From IMG/VR virus record IMGVR_UViG_3300017492_000028, positions 8,983 through 72,982 of that record: a stretch of 64,000 bases of DNA; one strand, written 5' to 3'. The notes below the pieces were generated by a model. It worked only from the letters and a program-made list of their open reading frames with translations. It did not search any database and had not been told where the DNA came from. Positions 41,790 to 51,480 of the stretch are shown piece by piece. Numbering within the stretch: position 1 is the first letter of the stretch; each line of letters opens with the position of its first letter. The position numbers were made by a program, and so were the translations under genes. The DNA comes from a virus (lineage: Duplodnaviria > Caudoviricetes).

Positions 41790-41837
41790 TAAAATAAAAT
41801 GTCCTCAATCATAGCTTACATTACTATGTTGAGGACA
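41790..41837 (-). terminator. Rho-independent terminator after portal
   Basis: TGTCCTCAACATAG...CTATGATTGAGGACA followed by TTTTATTTT. Confidence 0.75.
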
Positions 41838-41861
41838 AGAAGTAGTCTGGGAATGTACTAC

Positions 41862-44279
41862 TTATTTATCATACCTATTCTTATTAGTCTTAGCTATTTT
41901 AAGATTAGTATCAATTTCGTGCATTTTAACTTGCCTATCAGCAGCTTTAGAATAAGTATCTGCCATTAGTTTTTGACGTTCTATATTCAGCTTTGATTGT
42001 TCAATAGCACGTTTATTATCTTCACTCATTTGAGCAAGATTAGCTTTGATAGTTTGATCTTCGCCCCCCGTAGAAGAAATTGCTGCATCCAATTCCATAC
42101 CTTTTAGTTGCATCTCATATTGATACTTCAATTCTTGCGTAAGTCTATCTTGCTCACCCTTAGCTGCAATCTCTTGAAGTTTATTTTGTATTTCTTCTTG
42201 CTTCAGCATCTGTTCCATTTGCTGCATTTGCTCCTCATGCTGGCGTTTGATTTCACTAAACTTCTCTACAGATGCTTTTATTTGAGTAACATTATCTCCT
42301 GTAATTGCTGCAAGAGCCATATCCAAATCACCATTCTGTGCTGCACTAAACGCCCATTGACGAAGTTGTTGAACTTTATCAACTTCTTTAGTATCATTAC
42401 GAACCGTAGTTGAATAATCAGAATTTACAAAAGAATTAACATCAAGAGAAATATATCTTTTTCTTGCAAGTTCATCCCAATAAGAAGTGTCAAGTCCGTC
42501 AACATACGCTAGCTTAGCATAATCCAAATCACGATTATAATCATGAACACGGAACTCATCAAACATTTGATTAATAACAACAGAACCCATACTTGATTGA
42601 GCAATCGCATTTTGGGTTGTAGTAGCTCCTGCTGATTGTGCTATTTGTCCATAGCGTTGAGCGTTCATATCAACAAGCTCACGAGCTTCTACTTTAATAC
42701 TTTCAATAAGATTTGTAAGTTCTGTTATATACTGACCCATATTAGCATTAAGAAGTCTTATTTGTTGGGCTTTAAGTGAGTTAGTATCTTCACTGTCATC
42801 AATAAATAATACTCCATCAGCTGCCATTTTATAGATTTTATCTTCTGTATCAGAAGCAACAAGACTTTCAGGTAGTAACAATATTAGCATTTTGTTCTTT
42901 GCTATTACCATTTCTCTGTGAAAGTATATGATGTTTCTTAATATCTGATATGGCAATATTATCTTTACTATACTAAATTTACCCATAAAAGGCAGTACTT
43001 CCATAATACCATTATAAGGCAATTTACCATTACGATTAAATGGAACTGGACGTGCCTTTACAGGATAAACAGCAGTATAACGTGTACCTATACGATAACC
43101 CTCATATACTTGAGGCTCATAAGCCCATTCAATAGATATATCACCTTGCTCTGGATTAACAACATAATTTTCATCAACTACTCTTGTTGTTTGCATACCA
43201 AGCTGGTTTATATATGTGAGAATACCACGTCTTGCTTCTCCTCTCCAAACAACATGCCAAACTTCATATAGCATGTTATTATCTTCATACATGGATATAG
43301 GAGAGTTTTTAAAGAAGTTTCTTTCTTCGTTAGTAAACTTTGAACATACATCTGCATAAGTTTCAAAATATTTACTATAAAGAAGCTGTCGTGTGGCATT
43401 ACTGTTTTCCTGCCCATAATATGTTTCAAGAAAATTCCTATCTTCATCAGTAAGATTATCATCAAAGAAATCAAGTATTTGCTGATAACTCATCATCATC
43501 TTTCTTGCAAACATATCATGGTCTTCAACAAAGTAGTTTGAATTAGGAATAGGATATGCTTCAGTAACAGGTATTGATTCTTTAACTATTTTATCACCAC
43601 GAACATCCGTATATGTATAGCACTCACCAAGAGCCACATAATTAAAATATGCTGATAAATAAACAAGATTGTCATCAGTCATTGCTCGAATGTATCCAAG
43701 CACATCTTGACCTTGTTTGCTTTCAGTATCAATATAATTACGATTAAAATTATCCATAAATTCCTTTGCATCAGGCATTGCTTGAGAGGGATCTACAGAT
43801 TCTGCTGGCTGACCTTGTTGAGCAGCTTCATTAATCATTTGTTCATATCTTTTTTGGAACTCCTGTTGAAATGCTTGCTCAGCAGCTTGCATAATGCTTT
43901 CTTTAAGCTTAGCATTTTTATTTATTACTATATCAGGATTACTAGCTCCAACTATAAACTCATGAACACCTTTAAAATACTCTGATACATATCTTCTTAC
44001 AACATCATTCATAATATCATAATTACGAAGCGTTGCAGGAAAACGTGTATATTTTTCTTTACTAGAATTATAAGGATTTAATGTTTTCTTATAAAACTTA
44101 TCTGGCATATTACCATGAAGACAATTAAGCTGCAATTCTGTATCTTGTCTATCATTATAACCTATACCAACACTTATTATATAATCTATGCAATTAGCAT
44201 ACCATTCAGCTTTTTGTTTTTCAGCACCACTAACTCTTTGCTTAGGAAAATTAGCTTGCCATGTGGGAAATCCATTCAT
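41862..44279 (-). CDS. Portal protein
   Basis: 805 aa; FPKQRVSGAEKQKAEWYANCIDY start typical of crAss portals; directly after terminase. Confidence 0.85.
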   Translation of the reverse strand: MNGFPTWQANFPKQRVSGAEKQKAEWYANCIDYIISVGIGYNDRQDTELQLNCLHGNMPDKFYKKTLNPYNSSKEKYTRFPATLRNYDIMNDVVRRYVSEYFKGVHEFIVGASNPDIVINKNAKLKESIMQAAEQAFQQEFQKRYEQMINEAAQQGQPAESVDPSQAMPDAKEFMDNFNRNYIDTESKQGQDVLGYIRAMTDDNLVYLSAYFNYVALGECYTYTDVRGDKIVKESIPVTEAYPIPNSNYFVEDHDMFARKMMMSYQQILDFFDDNLTDEDRNFLETYYGQENSNATRQLLYSKYFETYADVCSKFTNEERNFFKNSPISMYEDNNMLYEVWHVVWRGEARRGILTYINQLGMQTTRVVDENYVVNPEQGDISIEWAYEPQVYEGYRIGTRYTAVYPVKARPVPFNRNGKLPYNGIMEVLPFMGKFSIVKIILPYQILRNIIYFHREMVIAKNKMLILLLPESLVASDTEDKIYKMAADGVLFIDDSEDTNSLKAQQIRLLNANMGQYITELTNLIESIKVEARELVDMNAQRYGQIAQSAGATTTQNAIAQSSMGSVVINQMFDEFRVHDYNRDLDYAKLAYVDGLDTSYWDELARKRYISLDVNSFVNSDYSTTVRNDTKEVDKVQQLRQWAFSAAQNGDLDMALAAITGDNVTQIKASVEKFSEIKRQHEEQMQQMEQMLKQEEIQNKLQEIAAKGEQDRLTQELKYQYEMQLKGMELDAAISSTGGEDQTIKANLAQMSEDNKRAIEQSKLNIERQKLMADTYSKAADRQVKMHEIDTNLKIAKTNKNRYDK

Positions 44280-44291
44280 AATTATATTATT

Positions 44292-46571
44292 TTAAAACCA
44301 ATCTCTTTTCATTATACTATTATCGTCATAATCTTCTTCTTTAATCTTTTTTCTATGCTCTAATTCTTTAGCTGCTTCAACGTTTTGACTTCTCCATTGT
44401 AACCCTCTAATTATCATTTCTGATACTCTATCATAGTTACCAATATTATTCCACATCTTTAATTCTACAATACTTTGGTAATCGTATATTGTGCGAAATA
44501 ATCTTATAGGTCTATCAAGTTCATCTCTACCAACTTCAGAATAAAGCATTTCTTTAAGAATACGCAATCCTTCAAGTTTCTTAGCTTCAGTACCCATATT
44601 GACACCATAGCTACCAACAACTTTACCTTTAATACTATTATCCCATATTTCAACAGGGTCTTTCATTAAGTATTTCAATGCTTTCCATTTAGTAAAGTTA
44701 CTAATAGTTTCACCACGGTTAACCTCAACTCCTGTAGTACCAATACAATTATAATACTTTGCTAAAAGCAATAATATTCTATCTGCTTCTTCAAGTGTTT
44801 CTGGACGACCATAATAACTTGCAACACACGCTGTTTTAAAGTTATTATATTTAGTTGGATTCATCCAAACTTTAATGCTATTATGTGAATGTTTAAGAGT
44901 AATACCTTTTGTATCTTTATTTATACCAACAGGGTCATAACTAATAGAATATAAGCCAGGAGGAGTACCATTTATTTGATTACCATGCACATCCCTATAT
45001 ATTATTTTTAACGGACTAAACCATTTGCGAATACAACCGTGTGGATGTTCATGTTCCTTTCTTGGAACACCTGTAATATAATCAAAATAATCTATATTAT
45101 ATCTTCCTCCCTCTGCTGCTATACGAGCATTTGTTCTAAACTCTACATTACCTCCTTTTTCAAACAGCATACCGTCAACATAGAAATTATATGCTGAATC
45201 ATTGCGAAGTATCTCTTCCCAAATCATTAGCTCTTCACTACTAAAAATATTTTCAATAGCAGAACTAAAACTTTCAGCTGGCTGCAAAGCATATTGCCCA
45301 AGATAATTAATATAATCTGCAAATGACTTAGCATTTTCTTTTTGATATTGTCGTTGCTTAAAAGCAAGATGCAAACCAACATTTAAGTCAGAATTGCCAT
45401 CTTTATCCATTGCCCAAGCATCCCCAAGCTTACCTTGAAGTCCCCAAGCATAAGGTTTGAAAAAACCACAAACTTCATGTCTGCAATCTTTATCCCAAAC
45501 ATTTTCAAAAGCAAGACAATTAAATGATTTAGGATTATAGAAATTACTAGCAAATGTTTGCATATCACCAGAGGTAGCAGTTCCCCAAGCAAATAAATTA
45601 CCAGTAACATAAGCACCACTAGTCATTGCAGGAACTGTTGCATTCATAAACGCATCATAATTATCCATAGTGGAAACCTCCTCTACTTTAACTTTTAATG
45701 CGTCCTTACCAATAGCACAATCGGGGTTATTTTGAGCAGACACAGAAAATAACGCGCTGTTCCATGCAGTTGGAGCAACTGTTCCATTAGGAAGTTTATA
45801 ACCTAGTACAAAATTTTCTTTATCACTTGTTAGAATACCTCGTTTAAAGAAAGTTTTAGTTTCATAAAATAGCAAATTTGCAATAGCAAAATCTGTAAGT
45901 CCACCTTTCTTTGTAAGATACTTCTTATCGATAGCTACATGTATATCAGTTTTATGAGGATTTAAGTTAACATCATTGGCACTATCACTAGCCATGATAT
46001 AAGAAAATCCTCCACGACGTGTTTTATCTATGATAAGATTTTTACCATTAAGAACCGCAAATTCCATAACAGCAAACGTCCAAAACTGTGCATCTATAAA
46101 ATTAGGAAAATCATAAAATTTCTTAGCAGTTGCTATACCTCCTGTAGTATTAATGGTACTTTCATCTACTTTCTCCATTAATGTATAATTAAGATAATTA
46201 TACATGGCACCGCTAATATGTACATCTTGAAGTTTACCATTACGCAAAAGACAAGGCGCACTAAAGCCATGTCTTCTACGATATTCTTCTCTTTTTCTTA
46301 ATTGTCTATAAGGAATACTATCTTCCTTATAATTAGTATATTTTTTATTGGCTCTATAAAAATCTGCCATTTCAGTAAAAAGATGAGTATTAACAAACTT
46401 ATCCCCAATCTGAATATTAAATAGCAAACCCCCACTTTCACCAACTAAAAAATTATCATAAGGGTCATTCCACCCTGCATCTTTTGCATGAGTGTATTTA
46501 GTCTTATCCTCATTTATATAATTAAGAAAAGAATATTCATTAATAAATCTTTCAAAACTTACTTCTATCAT
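44292..46571 (-). CDS. terL: Terminase large subunit
   Basis: 759 aa; KTRRGGFSY P-loop-like motif, VKVEEVS Walker B-like, YDP...YYGRP and GNYDRVS nuclease-domain motifs. Confidence 0.85.
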   Translation of the reverse strand: MIEVSFERFINEYSFLNYINEDKTKYTHAKDAGWNDPYDNFLVGESGGLLFNIQIGDKFVNTHLFTEMADFYRANKKYTNYKEDSIPYRQLRKREEYRRRHGFSAPCLLRNGKLQDVHISGAMYNYLNYTLMEKVDESTINTTGGIATAKKFYDFPNFIDAQFWTFAVMEFAVLNGKNLIIDKTRRGGFSYIMASDSANDVNLNPHKTDIHVAIDKKYLTKKGGLTDFAIANLLFYETKTFFKRGILTSDKENFVLGYKLPNGTVAPTAWNSALFSVSAQNNPDCAIGKDALKVKVEEVSTMDNYDAFMNATVPAMTSGAYVTGNLFAWGTATSGDMQTFASNFYNPKSFNCLAFENVWDKDCRHEVCGFFKPYAWGLQGKLGDAWAMDKDGNSDLNVGLHLAFKQRQYQKENAKSFADYINYLGQYALQPAESFSSAIENIFSSEELMIWEEILRNDSAYNFYVDGMLFEKGGNVEFRTNARIAAEGGRYNIDYFDYITGVPRKEHEHPHGCIRKWFSPLKIIYRDVHGNQINGTPPGLYSISYDPVGINKDTKGITLKHSHNSIKVWMNPTKYNNFKTACVASYYGRPETLEEADRILLLLAKYYNCIGTTGVEVNRGETISNFTKWKALKYLMKDPVEIWDNSIKGKVVGSYGVNMGTEAKKLEGLRILKEMLYSEVGRDELDRPIRLFRTIYDYQSIVELKMWNNIGNYDRVSEMIIRGLQWRSQNVEAAKELEHRKKIKEEDYDDNSIMKRDWF

Positions 46572-46577
46572 ATCATA

Positions 46578-46916
46578 TCATTTAAATAACAATATTATCA
46601 AAGTGGCTAACAATCCACCACCAACAATACTTAATATATTTCTTTGCGTTTTATATTCTTTTGCAACAGTTTTATAATGCTCTATTTGAATACTATCATT
46701 TGCAATAATACTATCCTTTTTTGCATCTATTTGTTTAAGATATTTAAGTTCAGTCATCTTAATAACTGCTTTACGTAAATCAGAAACAGAAACAGTTACA
46801 CTATCTCGTGTTATACCCCCCGTAGAGAGAATATGTGCATTACTCGCTGATAAGTTTATAGAACAAACTAACAACGCTATCGTTATCAATGCTTTGAATT
46901 TGTATAATTTCTGCAT
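46578..46916 (-). CDS. Spanin-like protein
   Basis: 112 aa; N-terminal signal-like segment ending in Cys, C-terminal TM helix; overlaps the upstream gene, downstream of endolysin. Confidence 0.45.
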   Translation of the reverse strand: MQKLYKFKALITIALLVCSINLSASNAHILSTGGITRDSVTVSVSDLRKAVIKMTELKYLKQIDAKKDSIIANDSIQIEHYKTVAKEYKTQRNILSIVGGGLLATLIILLFK

Positions 46917-47115
46917 CTTTTACACTATCTAGTTTTTTTATATCAATTACTAAACTATCATTTCGTTTTTGAATAGTTTGTATTTCTTCAGTGTTTATGT
47001 CTATCACATTCTCTTCTACGGGGGTGCTAGAACAACAATGCGAGATAGTAATAGCTATTAATAGCACTAATGCAAAACCAAACACTATTACTAGTATATT
47101 ATTAAATTCTTTCAT
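46840..47115 (-). CDS. Spanin-like membrane-anchored coiled-coil protein
   Basis: 91 aa; N-terminal TM followed by CC; directly after endolysin. Confidence 0.45.
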   Translation of the reverse strand: MKEFNNILVIVFGFALVLLIAITISHCCSSTPVEENVIDINTEEIQTIQKRNDSLVIDIKKLDSVKDAEIIQIQSIDNDSVVSLFYKLISE

Positions 47116-47723
47116 ATTATATCATCCTCCGTAAGAAGTGTGTAAGTAAATGTACTGCCATTGCCACACTCTATCTGCTTATTACAAGCTGTCATGAATG
47201 TATTAAAATCATCTCGTTTGGCAAAGACTTGGCAACCTGCGCTCCAACCGTCAACTATTATAGACGAAGTGCCAGCTTTATGAATATTAATTCCAAATAT
47301 GCCAGTATCAATAGTACTAGGATTAAAATCATATTTGTCATCTTTATTATTATCCCTATAAACAGGTAATGGCTTAGCTTGGCAAAGAGCTTTATACTTA
47401 CCCTTATGAAGTCCTATTTTATAAGCACTTCTATATTGACCAGGAACAAGTATAGCACATCCTTTATAATTTTGAATTTGTTTAAGAGATTTAAGACCTG
47501 GAGTAGTAGTAATTGGAAATACTTTTCTTACAAGTCTATCATCTTTATCTTTGTACTCTAATATTAGAGCATCGTTAAAATCGTTTGTACAAACGTTGCC
47601 ATTACGCCGTACACCAACAATATTAAGATTATAATTTCCTTTTTCAAAATAGGCATAGCCTTTATTCTTCAATATTTCTTTAAGATTAATACCATTACAA
47701 ATAGGTATAATATTCGTCTTCAT
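47112..47723 (-). CDS. Endolysin, L,D-transpeptidase (YkuD)-like fold
   Basis: GINIHKAG...GWSAGCQV matches the H-x14-S-x-G-C catalytic pattern. Confidence 0.7.
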   Translation of the reverse strand: MKTNIIPICNGINLKEILKNKGYAYFEKGNYNLNIVGVRRNGNVCTNDFNDALILEYKDKDDRLVRKVFPITTTPGLKSLKQIQNYKGCAILVPGQYRSAYKIGLHKGKYKALCQAKPLPVYRDNNKDDKYDFNPSTIDTGIFGINIHKAGTSSIIVDGWSAGCQVFAKRDDFNTFMTACNKQIECGNGSTFTYTLLTEDDII

Positions 47724-48713
47724 TTAAAATAAATTTAATTCTTTATTAACATTTGCAGCTTGTAGTTCAAGTCTCCTATCTTCAAGTACTGCACAAGCTT
47801 CTTGTCTAAGATAATTAATTCTAAACCATTTTACAGTTTCTTCACCATTTGGATCTATACGATAAATAGGTGCATTATTAAACCTTTGTGGTTGACCCCA
47901 AGCGTTCTTAATAAAAGGACTGCCAATATGACATAATCCTAAGCCAATACAAGGTATTCCAAGAATAAGCTCAACCATTAACGCATACATGCTTAATTGC
48001 ATTGAATAGTGCATACCATTACAATTAGGGAGATGAGTTAATGGAGGTAGCATTGATTCAGTCTTATCTACCCATTCATTAGTAAGCTGATTAGGATTTG
48101 TATGTTTATCTTTTTTATAATAACCACTTGTAAATTGTAAACCTTGTCTATTAGTTTTCCAATCTAGAATAACAAAATTTTCAGGTTTATAGCATAATAT
48201 ATCAATAGTTCCACTAATACAATAGTCCATAAGATAAGCACCAATTTCAGAATAAATTGTGTAACCTTTGGATGTATAATAGTCAAATACTCTATAAATT
48301 TCCGCATATTTATAATTTGTAGCTTCTTTAAATTCACCTATATTAAGAGGTTTAGGAATAAGATTTGGAATATCAGCTACAGTAATCTTTCTTCCTGTTT
48401 TCACATCAATAAGATATTTGATTGCATCTTCAAACATACTTGTTGATTTAATGGCGTCCTCTATACCATTATGAGTAGCTGTACCTCTAGTACATGCTTC
48501 ATCTGTAATATCCTGCCATTGTTTAGCAAGAGCTTTTTCTGTTGTATTTAATTCCCTAGCTTTCTTATGAAGCCAATATGCTTTATCAAACTTAGGAACA
48601 TATTTATCATGTATAAGAGTAGTTACACTTGTATATTGATTACCAAGTGAATCATAATATTTATGACCGTCTTCTTCAAAATAAAGAAAATTACTGTTAT
48701 ATCTCTCGTCCAT
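47724..48713 (-). CDS. PD-(D/E)XK nuclease (Cas4/lambda-exonuclease-like)
   Basis: YTSVTT, RGTATH, SE..., GTIDIL, ILDWKTN, YSMQLSMYA motifs. Confidence 0.8.
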   Translation of the reverse strand: MDERYNSNFLYFEEDGHKYYDSLGNQYTSVTTLIHDKYVPKFDKAYWLHKKARELNTTEKALAKQWQDITDEACTRGTATHNGIEDAIKSTSMFEDAIKYLIDVKTGRKITVADIPNLIPKPLNIGEFKEATNYKYAEIYRVFDYYTSKGYTIYSEIGAYLMDYCISGTIDILCYKPENFVILDWKTNRQGLQFTSGYYKKDKHTNPNQLTNEWVDKTESMLPPLTHLPNCNGMHYSMQLSMYALMVELILGIPCIGLGLCHIGSPFIKNAWGQPQRFNNAPIYRIDPNGEETVKWFRINYLRQEACAVLEDRRLELQAANVNKELNLF

Positions 48714-48714
48714 A

Positions 48715-49329
48715 TTATATTCCTACATCTTCAGCGTTCATAGAACTAGTTACTGCTTGACCACCACGTGCTATCTCTGTTTCACGCTCATAAAGTAAGT
48801 TCTCCTTAGCTTCTGTTAGCTTTTTCATAATAGCTGGCAGGTCTGTTGCTTTTTTATTAACATCGTTAATGAGTTGCATAATTGTTGGAATTTCCTCTAA
48901 AGTCATTTGTGAATTAAGCTTCTCATTAATAAGATTATTTATTGCACTAACAGCAAGATTAATGTTGTGAATACCTTGCATGATATTCTCAACAACTTTA
49001 CCTGCTTCAGTTATATTTTGCTCATAATATTTTTTAATAAGTCGAAGTACAAGTGTGTCAGGCAGGTAAGTAGCAGCTAACCCCGCCTGTTCATTAGCAA
49101 GTTTAAGACACTCCGGCTCACTTAGTCCTGCTTGTCTTGCAGGTGATTTTGGATCACCAAGATAATATATTATAATACATTCTGCAATATACTTAGTTTT
49201 ATCTGGTGAAGTATCTCTTGCCCAAAGCTGGCGTAAATCTTTATCTACAAGTTGTCTAACAGTTGGTGCTTGAGGCATACCTGTATTATCAAGATTAAGC
49301 ATATCATCTATTAATAATTTTCTGCTCAT
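48715..49329 (-). CDS. Conserved hypothetical protein (possible small terminase)
   Basis: 204 aa, helical, upstream of the packaging genes; function is inference only. Confidence 0.4.
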   Translation of the reverse strand: MSRKLLIDDMLNLDNTGMPQAPTVRQLVDKDLRQLWARDTSPDKTKYIAECIIIYYLGDPKSPARQAGLSEPECLKLANEQAGLAATYLPDTLVLRLIKKYYEQNITEAGKVVENIMQGIHNINLAVSAINNLINEKLNSQMTLEEIPTIMQLINDVNKKATDLPAIMKKLTEAKENLLYERETEIARGGQAVTSSMNAEDVGI

Positions 49330-49340
49330 ATAATTCTTAT

Positions 49341-49829
49341 TTAATAAGTATCTACTTGCCTAAAAGTACTACTATAACCTGCCATGTGAATATTAGCTAT
49401 ACTAACACCACGTCTAAGACACCAAGTATGATAAGCGTCAACATGTTTTCTGGCATTAACTGCAATGATATATCTTAAATATCTTTCATGCTCTCTACGT
49501 CTAGCTTCGTAATCAGTAGTTTGTTTTCTAAAAACAATATATTCTTTCTTAGTTAAAGTGCGTCTTGCTTCTTTAATCATTTCAGCATAACCAGGTCTAA
49601 AATAAAAAGGAGCTTTAACATCGCTATAACGTAATGTACAGCAATAAGGAATACCTACCCACTTATTATGAACAAGCACCTTAGCTGCATCAGTTTCAAG
49701 CTGTTCAACAATTTCTACAGCAAGTTCTTTGTCGATAATATTATCGTCAATTGTTTTTAATATATCCTCTTTTCTTACAACAGTAATAGGTCTTTCAGTA
49801 CCCGGATATTTATATTCATCTTTTGCCAT
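49341..49829 (-). CDS. Basic protein, possibly IHF/HU-like
   Basis: 162 aa, Arg/Lys-rich. Confidence 0.4.
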   Translation of the reverse strand: MAKDEYKYPGTERPITVVRKEDILKTIDDNIIDKELAVEIVEQLETDAAKVLVHNKWVGIPYCCTLRYSDVKAPFYFRPGYAEMIKEARRTLTKKEYIVFRKQTTDYEARRREHERYLRYIIAVNARKHVDAYHTWCLRRGVSIANIHMAGYSSTFRQVDTY

Positions 49830-49841
49830 AGAATTAATATT

Positions 49842-49877
49842 AAAAGAAATACGGAGGGTTTGTGTCTAACCCCCCGT
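49842..49877 (-). terminator. Rho-independent terminator whose stem contains a copy of the CCCCCCGTAG motif
   Basis: Minus strand ACGGGGGGTT-AGACACA-AACCCTCCGT followed by ATTTCTTTT. Confidence 0.65.
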
Positions 49878-49894
49878 AGAAAGAATATGAATTG

Positions 49895-50464
49895 TTAGTT
49901 ATTAGTATCAGCTTCCTCTTCTGTTTCAACAGAAATAAAAGGAGAGTCATAATTATTTTGAACGGTAGAAACTACTTCTGCGTGTATATTGCAGTTAGGT
50001 ATTAGCTTAAACTCAACAAAATAATAATAGTTATCATCCTTTAAAGCCTCCATATAAATATCCTTGTCATCCTTGCACAGATTAACAACACTAGCTATTG
50101 ACAAAACATTAATGGGAGAATTAATCTGATAACCCAATGCTAAATCAGAACCAGCAATAATAACAGGATTGCCCAAAGTAAGACCATTACAAAAATCACT
50201 CTCTGATTCACCACTACAAACAAACAGAGGCACTACAGAAGAAGTAATGTTCTTATTCTCTTTGACACTGTTAAGAACTATTGCAAGCTTCTCACGATAA
50301 CAAAGGGCAATAATAGAATACTCTGGTGCAGGCTGAAGATGCTCAACACAACTCCGAAGATAATCAGCAGTAATTTCAGTAACATCCGTTGGAAGTTTAA
50401 GAACTACTTTTCCTGCTTTACCATTAACTTTGAATGGTTCTCCATTGATTTTAAATGCTTTCAT
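49895..50464 (-). CDS. Hypothetical protein, first gene of the minus-strand block
   Basis: 189-aa ORF with its own upstream -7 box. Confidence 0.7.
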   Translation of the reverse strand: MKAFKINGEPFKVNGKAGKVVLKLPTDVTEITADYLRSCVEHLQPAPEYSIIALCYREKLAIVLNSVKENKNITSSVVPLFVCSGESESDFCNGLTLGNPVIIAGSDLALGYQINSPINVLSIASVVNLCKDDKDIYMEALKDDNYYYFVEFKLIPNCNIHAEVVSTVQNNYDSPFISVETEEEADTNN

Positions 50465-50543
50465 ACTTTGATGTACTTTAATAGTTAAATATAATTTTTT
50501 ATTTTAGCAGGAGAGCTTTTAATAAAGAAACAACTCCTGTTGG

Positions 50544-50551
50544 CAAAGATA
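50544..50551 (-). promoter_or_regulatory. Bacteroidota -7 promoter box
   Basis: TATCTTTG(C) 80 bp upstream of 50464. Confidence 0.5.
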
Positions 50552-50648
50552 ATATTAATATTACACAAGGTGATAATCATAATGATTAAAAACGTTAAAT
50601 TTAATATTTATTCTATTTTGAATAAATATTTGTTAAACCCCTATATAT

Positions 50649-50683
50649 AATAATGTACGTGTACATTATTTATTATATTTGCA
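50649..50683 (+). promoter_or_regulatory. -7 promoter box preceded by an operator-like palindrome
   Basis: AATAATGTAC-GT-GTACATTATT (50649-50670) then TATATTTGCA (50674-50683). Confidence 0.5.
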
Positions 50684-50896
50684 GATGGTTAGTAAATAAT
50701 TAGTAAAGTGTACTGCAAATAACGTAGCAAATGACTTTATTAAATGTGAGTTGTAACATATTTCATTTGATTAATTCGAGGTTTTATAAGGTTATTTTTC
50801 TCGTCTGATGTTCACTTGATAGAAAGCGAACTTAGATTCTAAAACGTAAAAGTACAACGATTTTTGAAGATTTAATCAATAGCGATTGATTGAATG

Positions 50897-50936
50897 ACGG
50901 CATTAGTTGAGAAACTAGTGCCGTTGTTTGTTTTTG
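50897..50936 (+). terminator. Rho-independent terminator
   Basis: ACGGCATTAGTT-GAGA-AACTAGTGCCGT followed by TGTTTGTTTTTG. Confidence 0.75.
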
Positions 50937-50998
50937 TAAGCAATAGAAAAATTGTTTTTTTTTTGCAGTCAAAATACAAGTAACAAAATAAATAATGC

Positions 50999-51008
50999 TA
51001 TATTTGCA
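50999..51008 (+). promoter_or_regulatory. -7 promoter box for the 130-aa gene
   Basis: TATATTTGCA about 20 bp upstream of ATG 51027. Confidence 0.6.
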
Positions 51009-51026
51009 TAATTAAATTATTTAATT

Positions 51027-51419
51027 ATGGCAGAATATGTGGATAAAGCAGGCATTACAGTATGCCTTAATAAACTGAAAGATTATATAGATACAACCGC
51101 TGAAAACGCAGATACGGCAATAAGCGACTATTGCTCACCAACTTGCAGCTTCCGAACTCTTACAAAAGGCAGTACATTTAATTTTAAAAGTGGTATATAT
51201 TTTATTTGTGATGCAAACTGTACTAAAACTTATCCAAATCTTAGTGAAGTTACACATGTTATAATAAGTGAAGGTTATGTCGATAATGCTAATATGGTAA
51301 ATCATAGTACTGGTAATATACTTTTTACTATAACTGCTTCTAGTAATCATTATGTTTTAACAGCAAAAAGTGATATATACATAACGAATATAACAAATTT
51401 TACAGGATTGGGATATTAA
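51027..51419 (+). CDS. Orphan protein carrying a fibre-type N-terminal module
   Basis: MAEYVDKAGITVCLNKLKDYID resembles the YLDxxGLxxxWxKxK module of the fibre genes. Confidence 0.6.
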   Translation: MAEYVDKAGITVCLNKLKDYIDTTAENADTAISDYCSPTCSFRTLTKGSTFNFKSGIYFICDANCTKTYPNLSEVTHVIISEGYVDNANMVNHSTGNILFTITASSNHYVLTAKSDIYITNITNFTGLGY

Positions 51420-51442
51420 ATTGATATTATTAATATTATTAT

Positions 51443-51476
51443 AATAGCTCTAAGAGAAAATCTTAGAGCTATTTTT
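51443..51476 (+). terminator. Rho-independent terminator
   Basis: Perfect 13-bp stem AATAGCTCTAAGA-GAAAA-TCTTAGAGCTATT followed by TTT. Confidence 0.8.
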
Positions 51477-51480
51477 GTAT

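Noticed and set aside
885-47561. Many 60-200-aa plus-strand ORFs overlapping the structural genes, e.g. 885-1223, 5684-6160, 17997-18509, 35991-36593
   Set aside because: Antisense shadows of long, well-supported minus-strand genes, with no independent signals.
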